Source: Setoptus koraiensis (Eukaryota > Animalia > Arthropoda). From it: 64,000 nt of DNA. Positions within the stretch are counted from its first letter, which is position 1. The number at the start of each line of letters is the position of its first letter. Positions 23,601 through 34,182 of this stretch are shown here, piece after piece. The stretch lies in the NCBI GenBank assembly GCA_048013815.1, contig CM106585.1, positions 4,650,001 to 4,714,000 of the forward strand. Reading direction: 5' to 3'. The position numbers were made by a program, and so were the translations under genes. The notes beneath the pieces were generated by a model. That model was given only the letters and a program-made list of their open reading frames with translations, ran no database searches and was not told the DNA's origin.

Positions 23601-23706
23601 AGACAATATTAACGCCAAGAGTTTCAACTATGATCAAATTCTTAAATTCATAAGTACTGCCTGGGAGGGGAAAGAGAGAACCAAATGTGACATTCACGTC
23701 AATTAA
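20622..23706 (+). CDS. Asn/Ser/Thr-rich low-complexity protein (~774 aa; exons 20622-22010 and 22771-23706)
   Basis: Two long ORFs join in phase 0 through GAG|GTAAGT (22011) and a pyrimidine-rich ...TAACCAG| acceptor (22770). Non-repetitive islands: KKRRKPEEKKVYADDIPGHMGNLTVDELTQFIE, VQFGFFDD, FNYDQILKFISTAWE. Confidence 0.7.
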
Positions 23707-24422
23707 TAGTTTTTGTTGGTTACAAATCTTGAATATTTGAAGCAATGATATCCCAAAAAATATTTGATTGTTTACGCCAATTTAATTTCATATCCTTAGT
23801 GATAATGTTATTGCCTAAAGCCGGCATGTGTTTATCCAATTATAGAAAACAACGGACGAGTCTTTTGAAGGGCTTGATTAGAAGGAGTGAAACCTTAGAC
23901 GGAAATGTTTTTCTCCTAGAAAAAAATAAAAAACATGTTGATAAGAGTGTTTGGAACAGCGAAGCTATCCTCTATTGAAACATTAAAAATGAAAAAACAC
24001 GTTGAAGTGAAGACTACTTTAAACTGATGGCTCTTTGACTTTAAATGTTATTGTTTGGATTCTCTAACTACTTCGTGACTTGTTCTTCTAAAGTCGAGTT
24101 GTTATATTAATACTGTTTATTTTATTTATTACAATGGTTTGGCCTAATTTTTGTTTCATTCAGTACTGTACCATCCCAAAACAGCCGCACGCTTTCTGGT
24201 GATCTATTATTCATTTCGAACTTTTTGTAAGTTAACTTTCTGACTGAAAATTTCCATCGAAATGCTTAGTGATTTCCACAGTCAACCGATTAGGCATGGA
24301 GATCGAAGATGGGTCAGAATTTTTAGACTAAGCAATACCGCTAGATCGCGCGCTATCTTTTCACCAACCCTAAATAAATCTCGTGGATATACTCTCCCTA
24401 CTCTCTAATATTTGATTGAACG

Positions 24423-25658
24423 CTAATTGGCTTTAGTTGTTTGAGCAGCCTCAGAAGTTCCCTCTATGAACAATTCAAATGATGTTAAGCCACGCTTGTT
24501 ATACCTATCATGTTCAATATTTTTAGCCCAAGCTCGACATTCTACATAGATTAAAGTATCATGACGAGGATTCTTAAAATGCACCATCACAAAAGGTGAT
24601 TGGTAGCCTACTTGATTGTAGAATGGATAGTATTTGGTCTCGATACCCTGAGGATAGTATTCTATGTCTCCGATGTGCTCCTTGTCAGGATCATTCTGAT
24701 AATATCGATAATATTTGAGAAAAAGAAAGAAATGTGAAGAACGGCTTTGTGAGCACCTGATTGTTATGGGTATAAATCTACCGGTGTTGAATCAAAAAGA
24801 AGGCATAACTCACCTGACCAGTGCAAGTGATTTGTATAGCGTTAGGCTTGAATGGTGCCTTCTCAGGATAATTGCTGGGCTTAGTGTCGTACGGCTCTGG
24901 TTTCCAACCATAAATCTGGAGAGATAGTAGATTATCGAGAAGGAGATTTGGTTAGTCAAATATTTCTATATATTTTGTTCAAGTTATATAGAGAGAAAGA
25001 GAGACCGTTGTGGTAACTTACGCGATTCAATTTAATTAACACGCAAGGGCTTCCTAAGCTGTATGAAAAATTTTGAGCTGCTGAGCACTCGCTCGGGATT
25101 ACACTAGTGTCAAAGGGACATATAGTGTCCATGTCTCTATTTTGGCTACCGCTACAATCAACTTTGATTCCTGTCCGATTTTCATACGCTGCATATAGTG
25201 ACGATGATAATGGTGAGGATACAATTCTTATTATGCATTCATTATATAAAATGACAATACATATACAATTTACATGTATACTAATGGAATTAAATGAGAA
25301 AAAGCTACTAGTAAGACTCACGTTTTAAGTAATTATTCAAGTCATCCACCCAATGCTGATAATCTCCGACCGGGCCGTCTTTGTATGATATTAGAGCGCT
25401 CTCAACGCGACTAGAGGGGTTCTGTGGACGATAGCCAACGCCAGGATTTGTACCAATCAAACTCTCGTCCAGTTGCCATTTGGGATATCGATCGCTAATA
25501 GTCTGTCGAAACATGATGAAGAATATTGTCCATATTGCAGCCAAACAAGTGTATAATGCTATATAGAAGGCAACTAATTTGGCCCACATAATGGGTGTTC
25601 GTCCCATACATTTTCGCGTTTTTGGATCCCAAAGAAATTGCTTGAAATTATCCAACAT
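24423..25658 (-). CDS. nrv: Na+/K+-ATPase beta subunit, nervana family (exons 25658-25322, 25188-25022, 24915-24814, 24695-24423)
   Basis: FLWDPKTRKCMGRT...W, one TM helix, LIGTNPGVGYRP, SPCVLIKLNR|IYGWKPEPY, YYPFYNQVGYQSPFVMVHF, VECRAWAKNI. All six extracellular Cys are present and three GT-AG introns keep frame. The paralogue cannot be determined. Confidence 0.95.
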
Positions 25659-27936
25659 TTTGAATTTATAATTATAAATAAAATCGTTTCGGTGTAAACA
25701 ATATCTCGGATGAAATCCTCGAAATAACCTTGTACTTGAGTCTATATGTGTTAGTACTGTTGCTATTATTCCATTTAGTGCATCAATCTAAACAATTACA
25801 AATATTCCATGAGAGTTGTGTGTATTTGTGTGCAAATAAACAATAAATAACCAATTGTGTCTGATATTCATAACAAGTCATACTATATTGCACCGAGCAA
25901 ACCCCATTGGTTGCGTTCTCTAGTTGCCGCCTTAGCGTTGTTGGTAGTGCGCTATGGTCGCTCGCTAAGACATGTACATAGGGTATGTTCGCTCTTAGGA
26001 AATAATAGCTGCCGAAAACGCTATTCCGATGCTGCAACCCATTTGCTGCGAAGTGCTAGTGTGTAGGGCTGCCTCTTTCCCTCACTCTCACACTATATAT
26101 CTCTCTGCCTTTCTCTCCTTCTTCTTCTCAACACTAACTACCCCACTTCTGTTACCCTTACATAATGCACAATCGCGAACAGCACACATACACGCACACG
26201 CACACACATTATATTGTATTTGGGGGCCTAGATACTCTATGGAGATAGCCTATTTCTATGGCCATCGCCATAGAAATAGGCTAGACCTTTCCAACATTAG
26301 TGTGGCTGGTGCTGCTGATGACGCTGTTAAAGCGCAATCTCCAACTTTTTGCTCGCGAACGGTCTATCCAAATAGCGGCTTAGATGGCTTGGCTGAATGG
26401 TCGGATAACTACGTGCTTTTGAAAATTAACTATCACGAAGATACAATGGGTGAACTCGGCACGGAGGGAGGGGGTCCCACTTTTCAAAGTGGTCACTACA
26501 CGGTCACGCTCAATAATCAGTCCTCAATGTCAATTCAGTGACGTTGCAATTCAACTAATGCTGCATTACACTACTGTTGTAACAATTACTAAAGCCACTA
26601 ATATTGTGCATTGATGACCAGGAGGCCGACAGACGCATCGAACGAATCACTGGTAGCGACAACGATAAAAAACAATCTAATTTCTCCATCTTTTCATTTT
26701 GTGCACTTGTCTAGCCGGCATGAAATAGACCGTTCGAGGTTCTAGATCAAAACTATTGCAATATATGTGACTGGTGTATAACAGCACCCTCGAGGCTGAT
26801 TGCCGGGAGAATCAATCGCTTCGGAACATTGTATTCTCGCCGAGGGCAGTCTTGTCTAGACTTCTCTATCTCGGAATACACTTTATGGAATGAGGGAAAA
26901 GTGCGAATTAGTTGATTAGAGGCGAAGCCTTGGGGGCCGATTCCCACAATTTTATTCATTGTTCCCTTTTCTCTCTTACATTCCTGTTGCCCTGTCTCCT
27001 GTGTATCGTGCTGTTAGACCTCCACAACCCATGACTCTTCACTATTGCCCACCAAAAATCACTCGTTCTTGGCCAGTCCCCGTAGAGAGGGTGCTATGCG
27101 TCGTGAGTGGAGCTGGGTTGCTTAGAAAGTGTAGGATAGACCGAGGGAGCAAATGCACGAAGAAAGCCAGCTTGCTGAGTCAATCCTTCGTCAGCAATAA
27201 CGGAAAATTTCTCCCAAGTTTCGCACTGATACTAACGCCTGTGATAAAAGATAATTATTCCTTTTTGTGTTTATCATAACTTTTCGTTACGACTGACGAA
27301 GAGAGAGAGAGAGCTGAGCGACCTCGAGCTTTCGTGTTTTTTCTCGTCTTCTCGCAAGATCTCCCATCGCTTACACATACCGCACACTGACTCTCCCAAT
27401 TCGAACGCACCTTACCTGTACTTGAAAAACTTCTGTAAAGAACACGAACAGCTGATTTCGAGGGGGAGTGAAGTCTATGCGACTATATGCATGTAAAGGG
27501 AAAAAAGAACGGATATCTCAGCTCCCGACACCGGGTCGCTTCGCTCGCCTCGCTGTTGCAGTGGGCCGGGCTCGGCGAGAGAAAGCTGGGCGGGCCTCTG
27601 TGTTGCGGATCCGGTTCGACTCAAAGGATACGGGCCGCTTTCATACAAAACATATGCAACCATTTGCTAAGCATTATTTACACAAAAAATTGAGAACTGG
27701 CGAAAAATTTTCTGCCGGAAAAGCACAGTTACTCAAGCACTAAACATTCCGCGACAAGTACGCGGATCGCGAGATAGGTAGTGCGGATCTTTCGCGGACG
27801 GGATTTCCGCGCGCACATCAAGCTTGCACACAGATGTAAAGCAAACCAATATGATTGGCACACACTGAAGTGAAGCAACAAGAAAAGAAATGTCATGCCA
27901 GTACACGCACGCAGACACACAATTGGACTAGTGATT

Positions 27937-28208
27937 GTCTCCCAAGACGGGAGACGATCTCCCGCCTCTCCTGTTTCCCCCTAGCGGAGGAAAAAGCAGC
28001 CGTGTGCGTTTGTGGCGACGACCTGATGAAGGCTTGCTTTTATCTCCGCCAGGGGCGCAGAGGGCGTATAAGAATACACGGTCAAGCGCACAGTGTATCG
28101 ATAAATGTTGCAGCAACGGGAGCAACGGGAGACGCGGGAGACGTCGAAGCTCCCTGGGAGAGTCCTCCCGGGAGAAAGGTCTCCCCCGTTGAGTGAATTG
28201 TTCACTCA
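27937..28208. other. GC-rich multi-hairpin element of unknown class (structured ncRNA or non-autonomous TE)
   Basis: Hairpins at 27937-27955, 28156-28169, 28170-28185 and 28190-28208, plus a 24-nt long-range stem 27958-27981/28118-28141. Confidence 0.55.
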
Positions 28209-28850
28209 CAGTGAAAACTCTATGGGATATATGGGGAGTCTATCGAACGAACGAGCCAGCGAGCCAACAACAAACGAACGAACGAACAAACAAACTAACG
28301 ATCTAAACGAGCCAAAACAACGGATACATCAACAACAAACTGGCTACATTATATTCATATGCGAACCAGCACTGCAAAGCATTGTAAATCCATCAATCAC
28401 ATCAACCTGATCGCATTTACAACATCTTCGACGGCAATGAAATTGGTTGGGATAATAGACAAAATATTGATCTACGGTGCAACATGTAATTTCGCTGCAT
28501 AACACAATATTATTGATCGTTTCTGCTTTAGTCACAACATTATTATTTCTCATGTTATCTTACGTATCCGCTTTGTGGCCTTCTAATCCTAAAGAGGTAA
28601 CCTATTCTGTGCAACAACAATAACAAACCCGATACTCAACATCTGCATTTATTTCACTATTATTATTGCGCACATGATACTATCACATTGACTGCCACAA
28701 TAGACATCATTATTGTACATTAGTGTACTACACTCTTGGAAGCAACACTCACAAGGAAACTATATTATTTAAGGCTCAGAGGCATTGCCACTCTAAGAAT
28801 CTAACAACTATCAATGTAGATATCATCTTATCGGAGCCCTCTATGAAACT

Positions 28851-29360
28851 ATGACTTCTGCTAAAAAAGGGTCACCAGATTCAGTTGACGAAGAGACAGG
28901 TTTTCACAGGGACTTTGAAAATCATTCTCATTTAGGCCACCAACACAAACATGCATTACACAGGATTAGGAGGCACAAAAAAAGAGGTATGTAACTCCTC
29001 TGATACAGATGATTAACAATTTGACTTCATCATAGACATCTGTGCGATCTGACTATGAGCCCGATCGAGTCTAAAGCTAAAACCATTTTCTAATATATCC
29101 TTCATTCTCTTTAAAATTTGTAAACAAACTGTATTCATATAGCCCCCCATCGAGACTTGGTTATTAGTTTTGTGCCGCGATTACGCACGTCCATAATAGA
29201 TAGGCTCGACTTTTTTCATCGATATAGCAAGCAGGAACAGGAAGTCCTATCGTGTTTCGATTTTCTTGATGATCTAATGAAAAAGACCGGTGATACAGGA
29301 TTAGAATCCCCCAAGTACTCTCAAAAACTACATCAATATATGATTACGGAACTCATTTGA
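28851..29360 (+). CDS. Possible small two-exon hypothetical protein (~117 aa; exons 28851-28986 and 29143-29360)
   Basis: ATG at 28851; G|GTATGT donor and ...CATATAG| acceptor join in phase 1 into the 29157-29360 ORF. No recognisable homology. Confidence 0.3.
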
Positions 29361-29719
29361 GGGAAAGAAATACCGCTTGAAGAGCTTCAGGAAAGTCACT
29401 ACCAGATTGAGTAAGATATGTATATATTGTAGATAACGCCCATAAACACTAGATTCAAAGGCCTATAAGGGTCGTTCAAGGAGTTAATCCAGTATGTCAC
29501 ATCCCAGGCCGTGAATGTTCTATTAAATTTTTAGGCTACAACAGATTAACTACTGATTGCCTAAGAACTACTACTTCGATTTCAACAAAGTGACAAGTTT
29601 ATTCAATCTTTTGATTTTTGAAGAACACAGGGATCCTTTGAGACCGGTATGATTAAACGCTGTGGTTTTGCTTTTTGCGGGTTACATTTCGTCCAGATAA
29701 TTCGATCTAAATGCAAGAT

Positions 29720-31618
29720 TTAGCTGGACCCGATAACATCATCGATGAAGCGCTTGCAATGTAATCTGGCCGCTCCAATACCTGGAATAGAATGCAAATC
29801 TCTATCTTCTAACCATCTTCTGAGTGATGTACTAGTTGTAGTCTTGTGCACACAATGAAGTGCGGACAAAGTGTTGATAAACATATCTTTGGGACACTTG
29901 TGCTGATACCACAATTTGGTGACGAGAGTCAAAGCGTACAAAGCTATCTCATCCTGTTTTTCGTGCTGTGTGCTCAAAATGGAATCATAACGCGAGAGTA
30001 ACTCTTGATCCACCTTGACCCCGTCAGAGGTGGCATCAAGCAGAACTAAACAGCCTCTAACAATACCATAAATCAAGTTTCCGCGAAAGAAAACTTCGTC
30101 AGGAGATCCGGGTTCTAGTTTTTCTTCGGATATTCTCTCCAATAACTCTTTAGGATCCTTCTTTCTCTCGACCATCGCAGTTATATCATCGGCAAATATC
30201 TCTAGTCTTTGAGGCAGACTTTTGATGTCGGGAGTGGTGGTAGCTGTAGTTTCCTCTATAATAGAGTCATTTATGGTGAATTGAATAGAGCTGTTTATTT
30301 CAAAGAACTCTGACAGGCTATCCTGAGGAATGAAAGTTGTCCAACTGAGGCCTGCCTTGTTCCACAAATCTTTAGCATATCGTTCATCTTTGGTCTCTGC
30401 GATAGCTTTCATTACACTTGCTAGTAGGTTGCCACGATTTTCAGGTTTATATTTTTCTAAGCAGGCGAGAAGAAAGGTTTTGTATGTTTCTTCATCTTTT
30501 TGAAACATGAGCACACAGTTTTCAGCAAGAAATTGACCAAGACTATCCATATATCTCGGGGCATCAATTGCGATGTCTTCCTCTCTACTAGAAATACTAT
30601 TGAGAGCATTAACAAAACTCTCTTGGTGTTGGGAGGGTTCCTTGAAGATCATTAGGTTGAATCTACCAGCTATCTCGTTCAATTCTACTAGATTGGTCAC
30701 ATCGCAAATGACATGCTCTAAAATAGAGACACAAAATTCGTACAACAAAGTCGGGCCTTGCATGAGTTGGTCATGAATCGATTCTAGAGAGTGATCACTA
30801 TGTAGGAAGTCGCGTTTAGCGTTTTGGACTACTTCTTCAGCATCAATTTCCGCGGGCTCGGCTTGCGGAGAAGTGTCGTTGGAATTTCTTTCTGAAGAGT
30901 CGAAACGTCTGCGGTTAGCGAAAGGCCCTCTCTGTCTATTGTTGAAGCGATTCTTTTTTCGGCGGTAGAGCTTTTTGCGCTCCTCTTCACCCTCTATACG
31001 CTCTTCGCTAGAAGGGTCAGCCGCCTGAGTAGTCGAGTCGTCATTGGGTCTCATCACGTTGGTACGATCAGTGGGTGGACCTGCTCCGTTCCTTCGTCTT
31101 CTCTCATTGTTTCGTCGACCTCCTTGGTAGGGTTGCTTTTGGACCTTAACGTTAGTGTTGGGGACTGAGGAATCAGTTGGTTGATTAGGGGCAGTTTCAT
31201 TTTGTATACTCGGAGCAGGTTGTTGATCTTGAGTAGTTTGTTGTTGTTGTTGTTGTTGCTGTTGTTGTTCAGATTGCGACCGCTTTGCGAAACCTCGTCT
31301 TTTGTTATATGGCTTCTTAGAAGTAATATCTTGTTTGTTTGTGTTGTTTGACTGTTTCTGGTCACGATTGGTGTTAGCTGTCGCAGCTGGGCCGACTGAT
31401 TCGAGTACACGTAGCCGTTCTTTAAGGAGTTCGATCTCAATGTTCAGCTTTTCAATATTCTGTCTCAATTTATCGATTTCACTTAGATCTAGCTCACTAA
31501 TGGGTGCTGGCCTAATGTTATCTTGTTGGATGGGGTCGATTCTGTTCGGCCGCTTATAGAAGCTAGCCTTGTGATTCGGTCTGCCATTGAAATTTGTCGG
31601 GTTGGGTTTAGGAGGCAT
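29720..31618 (-). CDS. eIF4G C-terminal-like protein (MA3 + W2 HEAT domains, no MIF4G), 632 aa, intronless
   Basis: EEDIAIDAPRYMDSLGQFLA and LWNKAGLSWTTFIP match the eIF4G MA3 domain (human EDMEIDIPHVWLYLAEL, LWREAGLSWKEFLP). The C-terminal EIALYAL...RRW...PGIGAA matches W2. The N-terminal half is a coiled coil plus R/N/Q-rich disorder. Confidence 0.8.
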   Translation of the reverse strand: MPPKPNPTNFNGRPNHKASFYKRPNRIDPIQQDNIRPAPISELDLSEIDKLRQNIEKLNIEIELLKERLRVLESVGPAATANTNRDQKQSNNTNKQDITSKKPYNKRRGFAKRSQSEQQQQQQQQQQTTQDQQPAPSIQNETAPNQPTDSSVPNTNVKVQKQPYQGGRRNNERRRRNGAGPPTDRTNVMRPNDDSTTQAADPSSEERIEGEEERKKLYRRKKNRFNNRQRGPFANRRRFDSSERNSNDTSPQAEPAEIDAEEVVQNAKRDFLHSDHSLESIHDQLMQGPTLLYEFCVSILEHVICDVTNLVELNEIAGRFNLMIFKEPSQHQESFVNALNSISSREEDIAIDAPRYMDSLGQFLAENCVLMFQKDEETYKTFLLACLEKYKPENRGNLLASVMKAIAETKDERYAKDLWNKAGLSWTTFIPQDSLSEFFEINSSIQFTINDSIIEETTATTTPDIKSLPQRLEIFADDITAMVERKKDPKELLERISEEKLEPGSPDEVFFRGNLIYGIVRGCLVLLDATSDGVKVDQELLSRYDSILSTQHEKQDEIALYALTLVTKLWYQHKCPKDMFINTLSALHCVHKTTTSTSLRRWLEDRDLHSIPGIGAARLHCKRFIDDVIGSS

Positions 31619-32634
31619 TATTGAAATATAATGTTATTCGTAATTGTTTAATTGTAATATTATTTGTCTATGTACCAATTGTAACTGAAATAGTAACTAC
31701 TAATATGTTAATAATGTTCTGTGTAAATTTAAATTAGATGAAATAAATAGTTACAATAATCGCGTCTTATCACAAAGCAACTGGCAAAATTAGAGAGAAA
31801 ACGACAAACATGCCTATCGGGAGCGTGCAACATTAGAAAATTGTGTTCAAGATGGAGTGCATTTCATTGATCTGTACTTTGTAAACGCCGCAGACAAGAG
31901 GATGGAGTGTTGCTTTTCCCTGCTAGCGCAACACTTCACCCTATTACACAAATGCTTTTTTAATCTTCAACACCGTGGGTATTGCGCACCCTGAAGGTAT
32001 ATTACACAACAGTTCGAAGGCGCCAACTTAATTATCTACTGCGTCTCATTTAACCAGGTGACACAAAAGCCCGGGATTCATGGGTCACAAAGTTGAAATG
32101 AGCATCGATATTTTATGACATTTATCTTATATGCCAAGAACCTCCGGCATGTCTCTTTTCTGACCACCGTCAGCGTGTACTATTAAAATGCCCCTCGCTT
32201 TGAGCTCTCAACACGCCCATCTTAAATACCTACTTGCCCACAACACAACTGCAACGGTGCCCACACTGTAGTGTGCATGTAAAATCAAATATGCTTCAGC
32301 AATCTTGAGCATCAGTGCATTGTTTGTTGTATTGCGTACTACAGTGTTAATATTCTCTGCTAGGGGTCGCCTAACGCACGAAACTAGCATGCGGATAGCA
32401 CTCTTCAGGCGTTCGAGGCGCCCTCTTTAGACTGAGACGGAACTCGCTTTGGTCGACTATGAATTTATACAGAGGCAGGAGTAACAGAACGAGAAGTACG
32501 TTTAGTTCGCGTGTTCTCTCTACCATTCAGCTAGTCTCATACCGTTGCTTGGACATATCAGATATTATTATTTCTGTAAACAAATTTACACATCTCCATC
32601 ACTACAAAAGTTATTACTCTATCACTACGAAGGT

Positions 32635-33051
32635 ATGTCTTCTAAAACTACAAGAAGACGAGCCTTCGGCGATGTCAGAAATCAACGTATTCTGTCCCAG
32701 TCGTCGGCCAACAAAAAATCTCTGCAGGCCCCATTAACGGACATTAAACAACCTCAACCAATCTCCAACAAAGCCATCCAGCAACAGCAGCCCTCTGTGC
32801 CAAAACAATCTTCGTCTAGCCCGATAGGAAAACCAGATGAGAAGCCAATCCTGGCCAAGGATGAGAACAATACCAAAGATCTCACCAAGGATGAAAACGA
32901 TACCACAGATCTCACCAAGGACTCTTACGACCCCAGACTCGAGAAATATCCAATGGATGATGCACTATTTCTTAAAATATCCCAACTAGAGTTAGCAGAC
33001 GACGGCGTTCCTATCTTCAGCAATTACGACGACGAACCTTTTGATTTCTGA
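32635..33051 (+). CDS. Securin-like small acidic protein with an N-terminal D-box (138 aa)
   Basis: ATG at 32635 gives RRAFGDVRN (RxxL/FxxxxN destruction box). The C-terminal ISQLELADDGVPI resembles vertebrate securin IAHLPLSGVPL. Contains an internal 30-nt tandem duplication at 32855-32921. Confidence 0.55.
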   Translation: MSSKTTRRRAFGDVRNQRILSQSSANKKSLQAPLTDIKQPQPISNKAIQQQQPSVPKQSSSSPIGKPDEKPILAKDENNTKDLTKDENDTTDLTKDSYDPRLEKYPMDDALFLKISQLELADDGVPIFSNYDDEPFDF

Positions 33052-33142
33052 CTACCTATACCATAAAATTTATACATAAATTCGAATGCGATCGATAGAG
33101 TAATTCGAACATAACTATTTTTATTCCAGTTCTTTATTCGGA

Positions 33143-33646
33143 TTAAGCTATGAGCTCATATGCTTGCGGTCTCAGCTCTCTGGGTTTGTTGTATCTATTG
33201 ATTCTCACTAACTCTCCCTCTCTCGGTTGAGCTGGCAATCTTTTGAGTTGGAGCTTCGCGATTGGTTGTTTCTTATCTTTGGCTTCTCTGGCCGCACGTT
33301 TAAGTTCATCGTTGCGTTTGACACGAGCAAGAAAGTCTTCTCGGCACTTTGAATGTTTCACGTGCTCCACACGGACGTTGATCTTTTTAGGAATAATACG
33401 ATGCCTGACGCGCTTGTTCACAATAACTCCTAATGCGTGTGGTGTGACATTGTATACTCGGCCAGTTTTGCCGTGGTAAAATTTGTGTGGCATACCTTTT
33501 TGAAAGGCACCATTACCTTTAATGTCGACAACATCCCCACGTTTATAAACTTTCAGGAACGTGGACAGGGGCTCTAAACCATGTTTGCGGAATTTCTTGG
33601 CAAACATGTAACGCGTTCCACGCCGGTATCCCTTGGTGTTCGTCAT
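33143..33646 (-). CDS. RpL21: 60S ribosomal protein L21 (eL21)
   Basis: [15 protein letters not shown]...[18 protein letters not shown]...[24 protein letters not shown]. The CDS is intronless; a GT-AG 5'UTR intron lies at 33679-33798. Confidence 0.98.
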   Translation of the reverse strand: MTNTKGYRRGTRYMFAKKFRKHGLEPLSTFLKVYKRGDVVDIKGNGAFQKGMPHKFYHGKTGRVYNVTPHALGVIVNKRVRHRIIPKKINVRVEHVKHSKCREDFLARVKRNDELKRAAREAKDKKQPIAKLQLKRLPAQPREGELVRINRYNKPRELRPQAYELIA

Positions 33647-33883
33647 CGTGACTTTGTTGGTGTTTTACGTAGGTATATCTAGAAAAGATTAGTGTTGAGT
33701 ATTAAATAGATGTGAGAATGGATTGGTTAGTCTCCTATAGATGGAAGTGATTCGAAATTGCAGCCTGATCCAGAATTAACAGGGACAATAATATTTACCT
33801 TGATTTAGTTTATAACAGATTAATTTATAGAAATAATTAGATCAATTAGGGTCAGCCTGTTTATTTAGTTCTGAGTTTGAATC

Positions 33884-33891
33884 AGAAAGGA
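33884..33891 (-). promoter_or_regulatory. TCT (polypyrimidine) initiator of RpL21
   Basis: TCCTTTCT on the minus strand about 85 nt upstream of the 5'UTR intron donor; fits the YYC+1TTTYY consensus of ribosomal-protein promoters. Lies in a divergent promoter shared with TRAPPC8. Confidence 0.6.
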
Positions 33892-34182
33892 CTCTGGTGC
33901 CAAAACATTCTGCATGTGTCTACTGCTATGTTTCCGGCATGACGATCGCAGCGCCACCTGAGAAAGATTCAGCGCCAATTTCGAAACAGATTTGTCAAAA
34001 AATATTGTTATCTTTTTGTCGAGTGCTGTGTCTGTGCCTTGCGTAAGGCCGAATCATTGTTTTGTGCGAAAAAAAAAACAAACAGAATCTGAAGATAAAC
34101 CACAAAACCAGAGGCAATTCTTCATTATATCATATTAATCATTTAAAATTTTTGTACAGATTGAAGTTCGGGACGTACAAGC

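Noticed and set aside
26029-27279. ORFs 26029-26541 (+), 26753-26959 (-) and 26959-27279 (+)
   Set aside because: No recognisable motifs, non-ATG or repeat-derived starts, and no supporting splice structure.
27536-27632. Faint similarity to ColE1/pUC origin words (CTCGCT, CGGCGAG, ACTCAAAGG)
   Set aside because: Only scattered 6-9-mers without colinear identity; not vector contamination.
27926-27936. GACTAGTGATT partial match to miR-7
   Set aside because: The seed region is absent; an 11-nt match is compatible with chance.
33679-33798. Possible intronic snoRNA in the RpL21 5'UTR intron
   Set aside because: No C/D boxes (RTGATGA/CTGA pair) and no convincing H/ACA hairpins seen.
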